Below are positions 1 through 9,749 of a stretch of DNA of 29,102 bases, one piece after another; the first letter of the stretch is position 1; every line of letters starts with the position of its first letter. The notes below the pieces were generated by a model that was not told the DNA's origin, did no database searches, and worked only from the letters and a program-made list of their open reading frames with translations. The translations under genes and the position numbers were made by a program. The stretch spans positions 1 to 29,102 of the IMG/VR virus record IMGVR_UViG_3300037634_005939. The stretch is one strand, 5' to 3'. The stretch comes from a virus (lineage: Duplodnaviria; Caudoviricetes).

Positions 1-84
1 TGCTTCGCAGAGAAGGATCTCGCCTTCGTTGTTGATTACTGTGACGCCAGTTATGCTTGTGGAAATGTCTAAGCCGAGGATCAT
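1..84 (-). CDS. ruvC: RuvC-like Holliday junction resolvase (RNase H fold), 5' part only; runs off the window
   Basis: Not in the ORF track. Manual translation from the ATG at 84 gives MILGLDISTSITGVTVINNEGEILLCEA, matching the RuvC/YqgF N-terminal 'ILGLD...TG' catalytic-Asp strand. It starts 5 nt after the upstream TAG. Confidence 0.75.
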   Translation of the reverse strand, partial: MILGLDISTSITGVTVINNEGEILLCEA

Positions 85-89
85 ATATA

Positions 90-1373
90 CTATATATCAA
101 GTTTTAACTTAAATGTCAAGTCCCTATCTTCAGTTTTCTTAACTGGCTTGGCCAATGAGGCGACACCGATAAGCTTTTTCTTTTCATCATAGATGCCGAT
201 TTTTGTAATGTAAGTGGTCTTAACGAGGCTACCAGTTGGTGATGCATAAGAAGAACTATGAATATTTTTAATCACCAGAGGCCTCTCTCGATAAATGTTG
301 TTGCCAGTTAGCGCAGTATAAATATCTGTCTGACTGGCTGAAATGTAAGTCGGATTGTTCGAATGGTTTAGTTCTCCCTTGTTCGCGTGGGCCATCATTG
401 TAACAGTTGGGATCTTATGGGTTCCGGCGAAGTCAATGCTGAAAGATGCGGATGCATTCCCTATGGATGTTGTTGATGTTACTTTGTCGTTGCAGCCCAA
501 ACCAAAGTTAAGCCAAGAAGCATTGGCCGGAGAGATCGCATTACCAAGATAATCTTTATCAGACAAGCTTTGCCATGAGCCGTCGGCGTCTTCGCCAAAC
601 ACAGTGGCCAGGTTCCAAGATCCAGTCAGAAGTATGAACCCCTCCTTGTACAGAACTGCCCCTGCAACCTCACCGTCATGGCCAGAGCCTTCTGTGCCGG
701 AGCTTTGTATCAGGGCACCATCCTGTCTTGTGTCTCGAAGCCTTCCAACAAGAGTTCCAGTCATATAATATTTAAGATCAACTGTTCCTTTCTTGATCCC
801 ACTCCCATAGAAGATAGATGGAATCTGAATCATGTTTGTTGCGAGGCTGGGTTCTGATGGGAAATCGTAATGATCTCCGAGCCTTTTTGCATAGTCAAGA
901 CTGTTTTTTAAAGCGCTTCCAGTAAAGTTAGGCCCATCATTAAATTGTTGCGCGACCGTATGGCGCTCCCTCGAAATACTTGAAGACATTCGATAGCTTC
1001 CAGTTATAACATCGCCTTGTTCATAATCAAAGAGAAAGTCATTGCGCGAGATACTTCTGAAAGCTACTTTATGAGTGCCCTTGTAGACCCATGGATAAAT
1101 CAACCCCGTATCTAACACGCCATCGGCACCATCGGCTATCCCTATGTGTCTTGCGGTTGTGTACTCTTCTCTGTCGACATTTAACTCAAGAAGGCTGACG
1201 AAGCCTGTCTTGGTCGGAACATTGTGATCGACATTTACATCAGGGTACGAACCAGTATCAGCGGCCCTATTGTTGTAATAAACCTTTGAATCATAAATAA
1301 AGAACGAACTACTTGGATGCGCCTTTATCTGATTGTAGAGAATGTCATTTTTGCCGAATTCATAAAGTGGCAT
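90..1373 (-). CDS. Putative virion baseplate/tail-fibre-attachment protein, 427 aa; paralogue of 1390..2574
   Basis: Long ORF with a GGAGGT RBS. The C-terminal ITKIGIYDEKKKLIGVASLAKPVKK resembles the C-terminal strands of the DUF3751 tail-collar-fibre domain. Shares IKKG, GxxxYxxG and NxSxNPTY motifs with its neighbour. Confidence 0.65.
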   Translation of the reverse strand: MPLYEFGKNDILYNQIKAHPSSSFFIYDSKVYYNNRAADTGSYPDVNVDHNVPTKTGFVSLLELNVDREEYTTARHIGIADGADGVLDTGLIYPWVYKGTHKVAFRSISRNDFLFDYEQGDVITGSYRMSSSISRERHTVAQQFNDGPNFTGSALKNSLDYAKRLGDHYDFPSEPSLATNMIQIPSIFYGSGIKKGTVDLKYYMTGTLVGRLRDTRQDGALIQSSGTEGSGHDGEVAGAVLYKEGFILLTGSWNLATVFGEDADGSWQSLSDKDYLGNAISPANASWLNFGLGCNDKVTSTTSIGNASASFSIDFAGTHKIPTVTMMAHANKGELNHSNNPTYISASQTDIYTALTGNNIYRERPLVIKNIHSSSYASPTGSLVKTTYITKIGIYDEKKKLIGVASLAKPVKKTEDRDLTFKLKLDI

Positions 1374-1379
1374 TTAGAC

Positions 1380-1385
1380 ACCTCC
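1380..1385 (-). promoter_or_regulatory. Shine-Dalgarno GGAGGT for the 427-aa gene
   Basis: The minus strand reads GTGGAGGTGTCTAAATG, with a 6-nt spacer. Confidence 0.75.
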
Positions 1386-1389
1386 ACAC

Positions 1390-2574
1390 CTAGTAGTCTA
1401 ATCTGACGCGGAGGGTGAACTCGGTATCCGGTGATTTGCGCAACGGTTCTGAAAGTTTTGCAGTAGCAAGAAGCTCGTTGTCAGCAGAATAGAGACCGAT
1501 GGTAGTACAATATGACACTGGAGAGTCTGCTGATCTTGTCTTGACTCGCAGCCGGCTTCCGCTCAGATATGTTGGGTTGCTTGAATAGTTGAAATCGTTA
1601 TGATTAACTCGACAGAAATAGATGGTTGAATTCAATTCTGTTGTGTTGTTAAAAGAAATATTCCAAATTCTGTTTCTTATGGCGTTTGATACTTCTGCAA
1701 TCGTGGAACCAGAGGCCATTTGGAAACCAGTTGCCCCAACTGTTTGTGCAGCAACCACGGTGCCATCGCCGTCGCCTAAGTTTGTAGTGCCGCAGTTCGC
1801 ATCATGTAGCAAGCCTCCAGAAAGAAAGCCATTAAAGACTCCACCAGTGATGGCAATAATTCCAGCTTGGTAGTAGATTAAACCACAAGCCGGCTTTGAC
1901 GATCCAACAGAAGCAGCGTCGGTGATAACCTCGCCCTGTACCAAGTTGGCGCTCAGTGCGCCGGCGCCGTCATTTGTGGTCTCCAAGAACAGTTCTCCAT
2001 ATTCTCCAACAGGGCTGTCGACATGATATCCAGTTGCACCGGAGAGGTCTGAAAGTTTGACCCTCATGTCGAAGCACAACTGACCATGATCAAAGCCATC
2101 ATCTATCCCCAATTCCAGCGCGAAACTGCCTTTCTTGACCTCATCTTTAGTAAGGAGACGAGAAAAAGGAATAAAGAAAACTTCTTCCATCTTTTTACTA
2201 TTTGACGGAAGAACGAACTTTTTAATACTCCCAGTCGCATCATAGCCAACAAGCTGTTGTGCCATTTGATTATAGATGTTTATCTTCTTAGCGTTCTGAG
2301 TGTTTCCGGAAGCCGACATGTTGGATTCAGCATGATATCCAAATGTCATATCAAAAATGTGATTTGCAGAAGAACTTAGATATGGATAATCATAAATGCT
2401 TTCAAACATTCCGTGACCATATGTCTTAATGTTGTTTTCAGATCCAAGCAGCTTGGTGGATGAATCATCATAAGTACCAGAAATAATCGAGCCAGTGATC
2501 GGGATCGCCTCATGAAGAAGCGTCCTCGCCTGAGCAATATCGTTGCTTAGAAAATTCTTAAATGTATTTGCCAT
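1390..2574 (-). CDS. Putative virion baseplate/tail-fibre-attachment protein, 394 aa; paralogue of 90..1373
   Basis: C-terminus YFCRVNHNDFNYSSNPTY...TTIGLYSADNELLATAKLSEPLRKSPDTEFTLRVRLDY parallels the 427-aa protein. AGGATAGGA lies upstream. Confidence 0.65.
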   Translation of the reverse strand: MANTFKNFLSNDIAQARTLLHEAIPITGSIISGTYDDSSTKLLGSENNIKTYGHGMFESIYDYPYLSSSANHIFDMTFGYHAESNMSASGNTQNAKKINIYNQMAQQLVGYDATGSIKKFVLPSNSKKMEEVFFIPFSRLLTKDEVKKGSFALELGIDDGFDHGQLCFDMRVKLSDLSGATGYHVDSPVGEYGELFLETTNDGAGALSANLVQGEVITDAASVGSSKPACGLIYYQAGIIAITGGVFNGFLSGGLLHDANCGTTNLGDGDGTVVAAQTVGATGFQMASGSTIAEVSNAIRNRIWNISFNNTTELNSTIYFCRVNHNDFNYSSNPTYLSGSRLRVKTRSADSPVSYCTTIGLYSADNELLATAKLSEPLRKSPDTEFTLRVRLDY

Positions 2575-2590
2575 ATTTTTATCCTATCCT

Positions 2591-3523
2591 TTAAACTTTC
2601 TTGACGAACCGAACCGGCACATCGATGCGATAACCAGTGTTAACGCCAGTGATCCTGATTGTCGTCTTGACCTGCCTGAAGCTGACACCTGACGCGTCAG
2701 AGGCAGTATCAGATATTGTTTCTGTGAAGCCTAGGGTGTCGAAAAGATAATTGCTCGTATTAAGCTCTAACGAAGCGCGCACCTTGAATACTATCTTGGT
2801 TCCTCTTGGTCCAGCGATTGTCATACTAGTGTCTGTTGCTGTGTTAATTATTTCGCTGACAAAATCAGTATCTGTTCCAAGAGACAAGAAGTATGTTGCG
2901 ATATTGTCGTCGTCAACAAAAGAGACTGAAGCTCTTGTCGCGTCTCTAGAAACTATGCTCCCTAAACGGTTATCGATCTCAATCATGTATTGGGTTTCCA
3001 CGAGAAGAGGATCTAGCGCCCTTGCTGGGGAGATGGCTGAAGTGTCTAGGCCTTGATCGAGTCGGATTCTGTTTCCGGTGCCGGCGGGGTCTGCGCCATA
3101 GAGGGCGCCACGAAAAGCGTCTCCGCTAGAGGCGTGAGTTGCCAATTCTGTTTCGGAATCAGTATCGACAGCTACTAAAAAATGACCAGCAGTGGTTCGT
3201 TGTAGTGATGACTCAAAAACTTCATTAAGTTTGATCATCGGAAGATAGAGAAGATTGTTTCTAGGAATAGAGACTAATTTAGACTTCATCGAAGCAGCAT
3301 TGTCCGTGAACGCTTCTAAAACAGGAGTCTGTAGAATATCTAGATCATAATAAGCCGATCCACTGCCGTGATCCTTGTTAAACAATTCATAGTTAATTTC
3401 GTCATCGCCTAGCGCAAATTTAACAATCTTGAAGCTTCCGTCTCCTTTTGCCATGCGCATGCGACCAGTATCAGTTAAAACGGCGTCAAGTATGATATCG
3501 CCGCTATTATCTAAAAAAGCCAT
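2591..3523 (-). CDS. Putative virion structural protein, 310 aa, with a DUF3751-like N-terminal motif
   Basis: N-terminus LDAVLTDTGRMRMAKG...KFALGDDEINY; AAGGAG RBS; beta-rich C-terminal hairpin. Confidence 0.65.
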   Translation of the reverse strand: MAFLDNSGDIILDAVLTDTGRMRMAKGDGSFKIVKFALGDDEINYELFNKDHGSGSAYYDLDILQTPVLEAFTDNAASMKSKLVSIPRNNLLYLPMIKLNEVFESSLQRTTAGHFLVAVDTDSETELATHASSGDAFRGALYGADPAGTGNRIRLDQGLDTSAISPARALDPLLVETQYMIEIDNRLGSIVSRDATRASVSFVDDDNIATYFLSLGTDTDFVSEIINTATDTSMTIAGPRGTKIVFKVRASLELNTSNYLFDTLGFTETISDTASDASGVSFRQVKTTIRITGVNTGYRIDVPVRFVKKV

Positions 3524-3554
3524 ATCTTTTTTTCTCTCCTTGGGGTGCTAGTAT

Positions 3555-3562
3555 TAAATAGT
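3555..3562 (-). promoter_or_regulatory. ACTATTTA motif, candidate phage late promoter
   Basis: Lies in the 71-nt gap, 31 nt upstream of ATG 3523 and upstream of the AAGGAG RBS. The same 8-mer occurs in the other two long gaps. Confidence 0.55.
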
Positions 3563-3594
3563 GTGTTGAAATAGATTTTTACTTTATTATGTTA

Positions 3595-6084
3595 TCATGG
3601 GCCGACTGAGCCGCCTGAAGATAACTTATCTCCTAGGCCCACTTCTGTGTCGTCATCACCACGGCCGAGATCTGATGACAGAGAGGACATGTCGAATGAT
3701 TCTGTTCCTTCGTTTTGTGCCTTGACCCTTTGAGACACAGGGCCGGCCGCGGCAATGACTGCATCAGAGACGCCAGCCCGACGGTTGGCTTTAGGATCGT
3801 AGGTCGACCACTTGACATCAGCTTCCCCGGGGGCGCTAACTGCTTTTGTTTTAAATGTTACATTAATATCTATTTTTCTTCCCGTATCTTTTGAGGTTAG
3901 TCGTATCTTGAATCTCTTTCCGGCAGAAGCTTCATTTCCAAATAAAGTTTCGTCTTCTATTCCCAATATGACATTTTTGGCAATTGCATTTTGGCTAGCC
4001 CCACTTTCGGCCACTAGGCCGGATGCGCTCTCGTTAACAATTGCTTGCGTCAACCTAGGACGAATCTGAAGCAAATTCTTAAGAGGCTTCTTAAACATCT
4101 TGACATTGGCCTCCTTGAATTCATAAAGGCGAACAATAGGATAGGAGACGCCACCATCATAGAACAATTCTACTTCGTAAACAGGACTTGGATTGGACAA
4201 TTCACCATGGAAACCATATGATCTAAATACATAATAGAATTTCATATTTGGTGCCTGCTTAATTATGCTAGCGACGGATCCGGCTGACAGACTGGATGAC
4301 AGATTTTTACTAGTAGATATGTTCACCAGGAAACTATCTTTAAAGTCTTCATAGTCCGTTGGAGGGGTATCTATTCGATACACTCTTACTCCACTCATTG
4401 CCTGTGTCGTACGATATTGTATTTTTCCGTCTACTGAACGCTTTTCATCAGACAGATATTGATTGTTCAAAAACTCTTCAGCCTCCGTAAAAGAAATTGG
4501 CTCTTCATATGATTCGCCGATATGTGTGTCGAAAGAAAACAACATGCCATGTGTTGTTCCCTTAATTTGCTCAATGTACGACTGAGGATAAAGAGGTGGA
4601 GGCGCCAGAATTGCGCCAGTGGAGGAGAAGATTGGAATCTCAAATATCTTTATCGCCGGCTTGTGCACAACTTTAAATTCTGACCAATAGTATCCATCTT
4701 CATAATAAACTTTATCGGGGGCACCTTCATGATCTGTGAGCACATCATCATAATAATATCTGTCCCCAACAACGGCGACATATGCCGTCACCTTATAAGT
4801 GTACATTGTGCCATACTTTACTTGCGTATCAATGAGGGAGATTATTTTTCCCTGAGAGTCTTCTTCTGAAGTTCCAGTATTATAAAAATAAAATGTCTGG
4901 ATGGGCTTTGAGTTTCCGATTGATTTCGTAACCTTATATAGCAAAATTTCTGAATGTGCTAAATCTCCGTCCTTTGCAATCTGCAAATAATTCCTAGCAT
5001 GTTTTTGCAGGATCAGATCTAGTTTGCCGCGAAGTATCTCAACGCCGTTGCCAAAAGCAACAGTGTCGACGAATAGGCCCCTTTGCAAAGCCAGATGCTC
5101 CTGTATGGTGTAGTTTCCGACAACAGCATCTGCACCTGGGGGCTCACTAATAAGAATTGTGTCCGAGGGCATGGCATTGGCCGGAGAGGAACCCCAGTAT
5201 GGGAGATCTCTATCCCAGTAATCAAGCATGTCAACTGAATCTGAAGCCAGATTTCTTCTCTTTGTCGTGCCGACAAGGGTTTCAGTAAAAGTTGTGATAC
5301 CAGATTTGGACCGGGACACTAGGCTTTGATCTCTTTGCGCCTCCTCAATGTCTCTCATGAAAAGCACCGCAAGGTTAGAGCGCTGCATGCCTCTCGCTAT
5401 GCTTCTGTCTAAGCCGGTAGGAATTACTATCTCAGAATACATTGGAAATAAGTATTTGCTGTCAGCCCATGTACCAATAGTTTTTGCGGGATCGCCCACT
5501 ATCATCTGTGTTCTGTACTTTAGTCTGCTTCTGGATCTTCGAAGGTTACTTCTTAGCATCTTGGCGGTCGGCGACGACAGCGTGGCATGAAAGTTGGGAT
5601 CTTCTGGCGGCCGAAGAACTGTATTTTTTACCATTCCATACATACTTGGAATATGTACAGATCTAACAGACGGCTGAGACAGAACTTCTTCATACTTTGG
5701 ATCCAAGTAATTATATTCATAATTTGCCTTCGCTGATTTTTCTGAATTTAGGGCTCTGGTTAAGGGTACCCTAATTTCTGTCGCAAAATCTTCAAATGTT
5801 TTGTTCTGCTTTATTTCGCCCAGAAGATCGACTAAAGCTCCGGCATCGCTAGCGGTTCGGCCCGGCATGCCAACCTTGATTGTCTCGTTGGTCGAGTAAA
5901 ACTCATAATACAGAGAATTCTTGCGGTGTAGAGTTCCTACTCTTTCTACCTTGATTTTATCTCCTTTTTGTTCATAAGAAACGGTGCCCGGCCGCCACGA
6001 TCCCAGTCTTGCCCTAAAATCGTCTCTTCCGGCTTCGCCAGAGAGAAGGCCTTTGCTTAGGATGGTCATTCTTTTAGTGCTCAT
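3595..6084 (-). CDS. Hypothetical virion protein, 829 aa, with fibronectin-III/Ig-like segments
   Basis: FN3-like motifs IDTQVKYGTMYTYKVTAY and PNMKFYYVFRSYGFHGELSNPS. Its ATG overlaps the upstream TAA (TAATG). Confidence 0.6.
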   Translation of the reverse strand: MSTKRMTILSKGLLSGEAGRDDFRARLGSWRPGTVSYEQKGDKIKVERVGTLHRKNSLYYEFYSTNETIKVGMPGRTASDAGALVDLLGEIKQNKTFEDFATEIRVPLTRALNSEKSAKANYEYNYLDPKYEEVLSQPSVRSVHIPSMYGMVKNTVLRPPEDPNFHATLSSPTAKMLRSNLRRSRSRLKYRTQMIVGDPAKTIGTWADSKYLFPMYSEIVIPTGLDRSIARGMQRSNLAVLFMRDIEEAQRDQSLVSRSKSGITTFTETLVGTTKRRNLASDSVDMLDYWDRDLPYWGSSPANAMPSDTILISEPPGADAVVGNYTIQEHLALQRGLFVDTVAFGNGVEILRGKLDLILQKHARNYLQIAKDGDLAHSEILLYKVTKSIGNSKPIQTFYFYNTGTSEEDSQGKIISLIDTQVKYGTMYTYKVTAYVAVVGDRYYYDDVLTDHEGAPDKVYYEDGYYWSEFKVVHKPAIKIFEIPIFSSTGAILAPPPLYPQSYIEQIKGTTHGMLFSFDTHIGESYEEPISFTEAEEFLNNQYLSDEKRSVDGKIQYRTTQAMSGVRVYRIDTPPTDYEDFKDSFLVNISTSKNLSSSLSAGSVASIIKQAPNMKFYYVFRSYGFHGELSNPSPVYEVELFYDGGVSYPIVRLYEFKEANVKMFKKPLKNLLQIRPRLTQAIVNESASGLVAESGASQNAIAKNVILGIEDETLFGNEASAGKRFKIRLTSKDTGRKIDINVTFKTKAVSAPGEADVKWSTYDPKANRRAGVSDAVIAAAGPVSQRVKAQNEGTESFDMSSLSSDLGRGDDDTEVGLGDKLSSGGSVGP

Positions 6085-9000
6085 TAATAAGATCCTCCAC
6101 CATCACCAGAAGACATTCCTCCGGATCTGCCGCGTCTAGCGCGTTTGCCGGAGCTTGATTTTCCTCTCCTTTTTGGACTTTTGCCGGCCGACAAAGAGTC
6201 CAACACATCAGTACTAGACTTGCCAACCGCTAGCGGGTGAGGCTTCTTCTCTTCTCCAAAATTGGTTCCAAATTTTGTGACTCTGTTTGGTTGTTGCACC
6301 ACATCAGTCATTAAGTACTCTGGCATAATTGAATCCTCTAGCATGCTAATTTCAACGATTGACTCTAGGGCTTGGATTCCGCGAAGATTCAAAGAGCCCC
6401 TATCTGATATTCTGTTGATAAAAGAGCCTTCAGACAAATCAGTTGCGATACCGTCCTCTGAGCCCTTTCTTGACTTTCTAGAAGAAATGAAAAAATGTTC
6501 ATCAAATATCGGCAGACGAAGACGGGAACTATGACTAAAACCAAACATGGCATTGTTGTATGGGCGCATGCGGCAAAGGAGAGTGCGATTTGATTCTTCT
6601 GCTTTCGAAAGAATGTCCTCTGTAAGGGGAACAAATGTCGGGGTTTTCAACTGCTGTTCTCCGGTGCTTCTGCTTCTCTTGTATCCGATAAACACCTCTA
6701 TTTGATTTAGCATCTGATAGTTGAAATAAATCATTGGTTCGAAAGTTGGATCAGAGAAAATATCGACGCCAGTTTCCCTCTTTAATTTTTGCCAGTTTTG
6801 GTTAGTGCTCTTGTCTGATGTCATAAATAAGGATTTAATCTGATTGGGCATCTTAGAAATAACTTCTGTCCTCGTTTTTCCTCTCCTTTTTTGCAAAAAT
6901 CTTTCCACTATATTATTTTCACTTTCTAAATCGAAGGCATCTATCGTTTTAACCACGACATTCTTATTAAATAAATTTTCAGAAGATCCGGCAAAAGAAG
7001 ACAAAATAGCAATTGCGATAGGAGAGAGATCAACCTTTTCTTCAATACGCTTTCTTTTTATCTCCTCTATTGCCTCCTCTTCGGGCTCTTCTTCATCAGA
7101 AACAATATTTAGAGAACCGATGGAGGCCCCAATAGAAATTTTGCCTTTATCCATCTCTCCTGTCGAAGTACCCAACTCTTTACGCAAACGACGCTTTCTC
7201 TTATGGTTCTCTGGATCCTCAAAGGATACTCCTAAGTTTGCCAACGAAACCATATTCATAATATTGGTTGCAACTTCTTCACCAGAAATATCACCTTCTT
7301 CTGAGCTTTTGTAGGTAGCCAAGAACGATGGGTTTGGATTTAACTTATCTTTTCCTCTGCCGCCGGCATCAGGCCTGAGAGCCATGACAGCAGACATCGC
7401 ATTTTGGTGCACTCTCCTATTAAAGCCGGCTTTCAGCAGATCATAAGAAGAGTTCTCTCCGATCATGACAGCGGCCGGAGATAGATACGAAGTCTTTGTC
7501 CTTTTGAGGTTGAAATTTTGCTTCTTCTTCCTACTGGATCCTCGGCGGGACGGTGAGGCGAAGTGCTTCTTTTGTTCTGCCTGTATCCTTCTCCTAAAGC
7601 GTCCCAGTGGAATGCGCCTGATCCCTATTTGCCTTCTGGGGCTGCCTCCTAGAAAATCATATCCCGTATTCTTAAGAATGTCGCCATCGAACACATCTTT
7701 GAAGCGATGGCGCAGTCGTATCGCTGGTCTGGACGCTCTACTGCTTTGCACAGAAGATCCCTTAATCGAGACGCCAGAGGGATAATCAAATTCATCCATC
7801 ATCACCACCTTGGTGCCCAGCATTCCCTTTATTTTTCCCTCCAAAGACTCCATCATCTCTAAGACAGTTAAAGTACCAGTAGGATTGCCGCAAGATGGAT
7901 TTGACATCTCATAAAGGAGGGCAGCCAATTCAGAAGCCTTTTTTTCATTAATATCCGTTAGGTTAAAAAGTACATCAGCATACACTGCCACAGACTTTAC
8001 CCACGGAGCGCGGGAGATGCCCTGTTTCACAAGTTTGGAACGATCTATTTTTCGGCCAGACATCACATCCAGTCGACTGGGTACGGGGTATCGTTTTTTC
8101 ATTCTTCTTCGGAATTTACGGGTCGGCATGCCCGATCTTGCATTATAATGGCCTTTCTGCATCGAAAGATTGTAGTATTGGCGCATTTTTGTTCGGGCCT
8201 TAATTAGCTTCTGTAACTGCTCTTGCGCAAAAGATACTGTTCCGTCTTCTATATCAAAATCAATACTGTACTGATAGAGGCCGTCTGTTCTTCTTGACAC
8301 ATCATAATCGCTCACAGAAAAGGAGCGGGCCCTAGTTCTGCCAGAAATGGAAACTTCTCTTATCGCACCTATCGGCTTTGGTTCTGTATCTGTTGATTCC
8401 TCGTCCGAATGACTTTCCCTTAAAGAAGGAATGATGTTGCCTGCTACAAACTCTGATGTCATTGCCACCAATTCTGAGCGTTCTTCAAAGGAGGCATCTC
8501 TCATTCGCCCAGGGCGGAGACCCTTCTGAACTCTATGTCTAAAAACTCTGATATTCCTTATTCTGCTTTTTGAAAGAATATTTCTTTTTGCCCTTTTGTC
8601 GACAATATCAACAAGGCTCCCAAATTGAGACTTTTCTCGTATCAGCTTTTCAAAATCAACATGAAAGACAAAATTGCTATCACCAAAGCTGTTCCTGGAG
8701 CCATACAGGTCGGAAGCGTATGATTCTTTTTTTGGCAACCTATTCCTTTCCGGCGTCTTGCTTCTCCCTTTTTTTCTTTTATCGTCCTGCTGCGCGTTTG
8801 AGAATGGCAGTAATTGTAACTCTGCCATGTTGGCATTTTCTAAAAGACGGTAATCACTGACAACAATATTGCGCACTGGTTGTCTTTTTAAAGCCGAGTG
8901 TGGCGCTCTGCGAGAATGAAATGCGCCCGCCATGTAACCTTTTTCTTTGTTGTGGTGAACAGGGCCGGCCCAGACTTCTTTTTTTGGGGTCATAAAAACA

Positions 9001-9707
9001 TATGCCTCTCTCTTAATAGCTCCTGATTGCAGCAAGATCTCCGTGCACGCGTTGCCTTGGACCTCTGTTCGCGTTCCTGAGCCAAAGGCATTCGCCTGAA
9101 TAACGGCCTCTCCAGTTTCTAGAAATGTCATAGCAAAGACAGACAAGTATTTCGGCTTGTATTCATTGATAGAAAAATTCACACGATATGGAACAGAGTA
9201 TGCAACATTGTCTTCACCCACCCTCTCTTTTCGGTGGGCTCTAAGGGGGATACCGGTTTGATCGGCAAGACTTATTACTTTCTCAACAACGCGCCCGGCG
9301 GTTATGAATCTTTTTATCTCTTTAGGGTTGGCGCCGCCAGTGGCTAACCGGACGCCGGCTTTTCTGTCGAGACACAACAACACCCGAAGTTTTAAAAATT
9401 GTTTGGCCTGTTCGTTATCATACCAGGTGCCGCCACGATTACCAGACATCATTCCATCTTTTATGGCAAACTCAATATCCACATTCAAACTACGAGTGGG
9501 AGGTGCTTTTACCTGCTGTTTTCTTTTTCTGCCAGACTTAAGCTTTGTCTTTCCAAAAATATCTTTTTGTCGGCGGCCAGGCTCTGGTCGCTCTTCAAGG
9601 TTTATCCCCTCTTCTGAGAGCAAGCCTGGCGAAAGAGAGACTTTTCGTATATATGCCATTGGAAGGGCATTATGAAAGACACCAGAAAAGTCTATTTTTG
9701 TAGGCAT
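6084..9707 (-). CDS. Large hypothetical Arg/Lys-rich protein, 1207 aa
   Basis: Uninterrupted ORF with a GAGAGGA RBS. Contains many basic clusters and the His motif WAGPVHHNKEKGYMAGAFHSRRAPH. Ends in GGGSY. Confidence 0.6.
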   Translation of the reverse strand: MPTKIDFSGVFHNALPMAYIRKVSLSPGLLSEEGINLEERPEPGRRQKDIFGKTKLKSGRKRKQQVKAPPTRSLNVDIEFAIKDGMMSGNRGGTWYDNEQAKQFLKLRVLLCLDRKAGVRLATGGANPKEIKRFITAGRVVEKVISLADQTGIPLRAHRKERVGEDNVAYSVPYRVNFSINEYKPKYLSVFAMTFLETGEAVIQANAFGSGTRTEVQGNACTEILLQSGAIKREAYVFMTPKKEVWAGPVHHNKEKGYMAGAFHSRRAPHSALKRQPVRNIVVSDYRLLENANMAELQLLPFSNAQQDDKRKKGRSKTPERNRLPKKESYASDLYGSRNSFGDSNFVFHVDFEKLIREKSQFGSLVDIVDKRAKRNILSKSRIRNIRVFRHRVQKGLRPGRMRDASFEERSELVAMTSEFVAGNIIPSLRESHSDEESTDTEPKPIGAIREVSISGRTRARSFSVSDYDVSRRTDGLYQYSIDFDIEDGTVSFAQEQLQKLIKARTKMRQYYNLSMQKGHYNARSGMPTRKFRRRMKKRYPVPSRLDVMSGRKIDRSKLVKQGISRAPWVKSVAVYADVLFNLTDINEKKASELAALLYEMSNPSCGNPTGTLTVLEMMESLEGKIKGMLGTKVVMMDEFDYPSGVSIKGSSVQSSRASRPAIRLRHRFKDVFDGDILKNTGYDFLGGSPRRQIGIRRIPLGRFRRRIQAEQKKHFASPSRRGSSRKKKQNFNLKRTKTSYLSPAAVMIGENSSYDLLKAGFNRRVHQNAMSAVMALRPDAGGRGKDKLNPNPSFLATYKSSEEGDISGEEVATNIMNMVSLANLGVSFEDPENHKRKRRLRKELGTSTGEMDKGKISIGASIGSLNIVSDEEEPEEEAIEEIKRKRIEEKVDLSPIAIAILSSFAGSSENLFNKNVVVKTIDAFDLESENNIVERFLQKRRGKTRTEVISKMPNQIKSLFMTSDKSTNQNWQKLKRETGVDIFSDPTFEPMIYFNYQMLNQIEVFIGYKRSRSTGEQQLKTPTFVPLTEDILSKAEESNRTLLCRMRPYNNAMFGFSHSSRLRLPIFDEHFFISSRKSRKGSEDGIATDLSEGSFINRISDRGSLNLRGIQALESIVEISMLEDSIMPEYLMTDVVQQPNRVTKFGTNFGEEKKPHPLAVGKSSTDVLDSLSAGKSPKRRGKSSSGKRARRGRSGGMSSGDGGGSY

Positions 9708-9731
9708 GTCGTTTGTTTTCCTCTCAAATAA

Positions 9732-9739
9732 TAAATAGT
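9732..9739 (-). promoter_or_regulatory. ACTATTTA motif, candidate phage late promoter
   Basis: Lies in the 42-nt gap, 24 nt upstream of ATG 9707. Confidence 0.6.
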
Positions 9740-9749
9740 ACCATGATGA

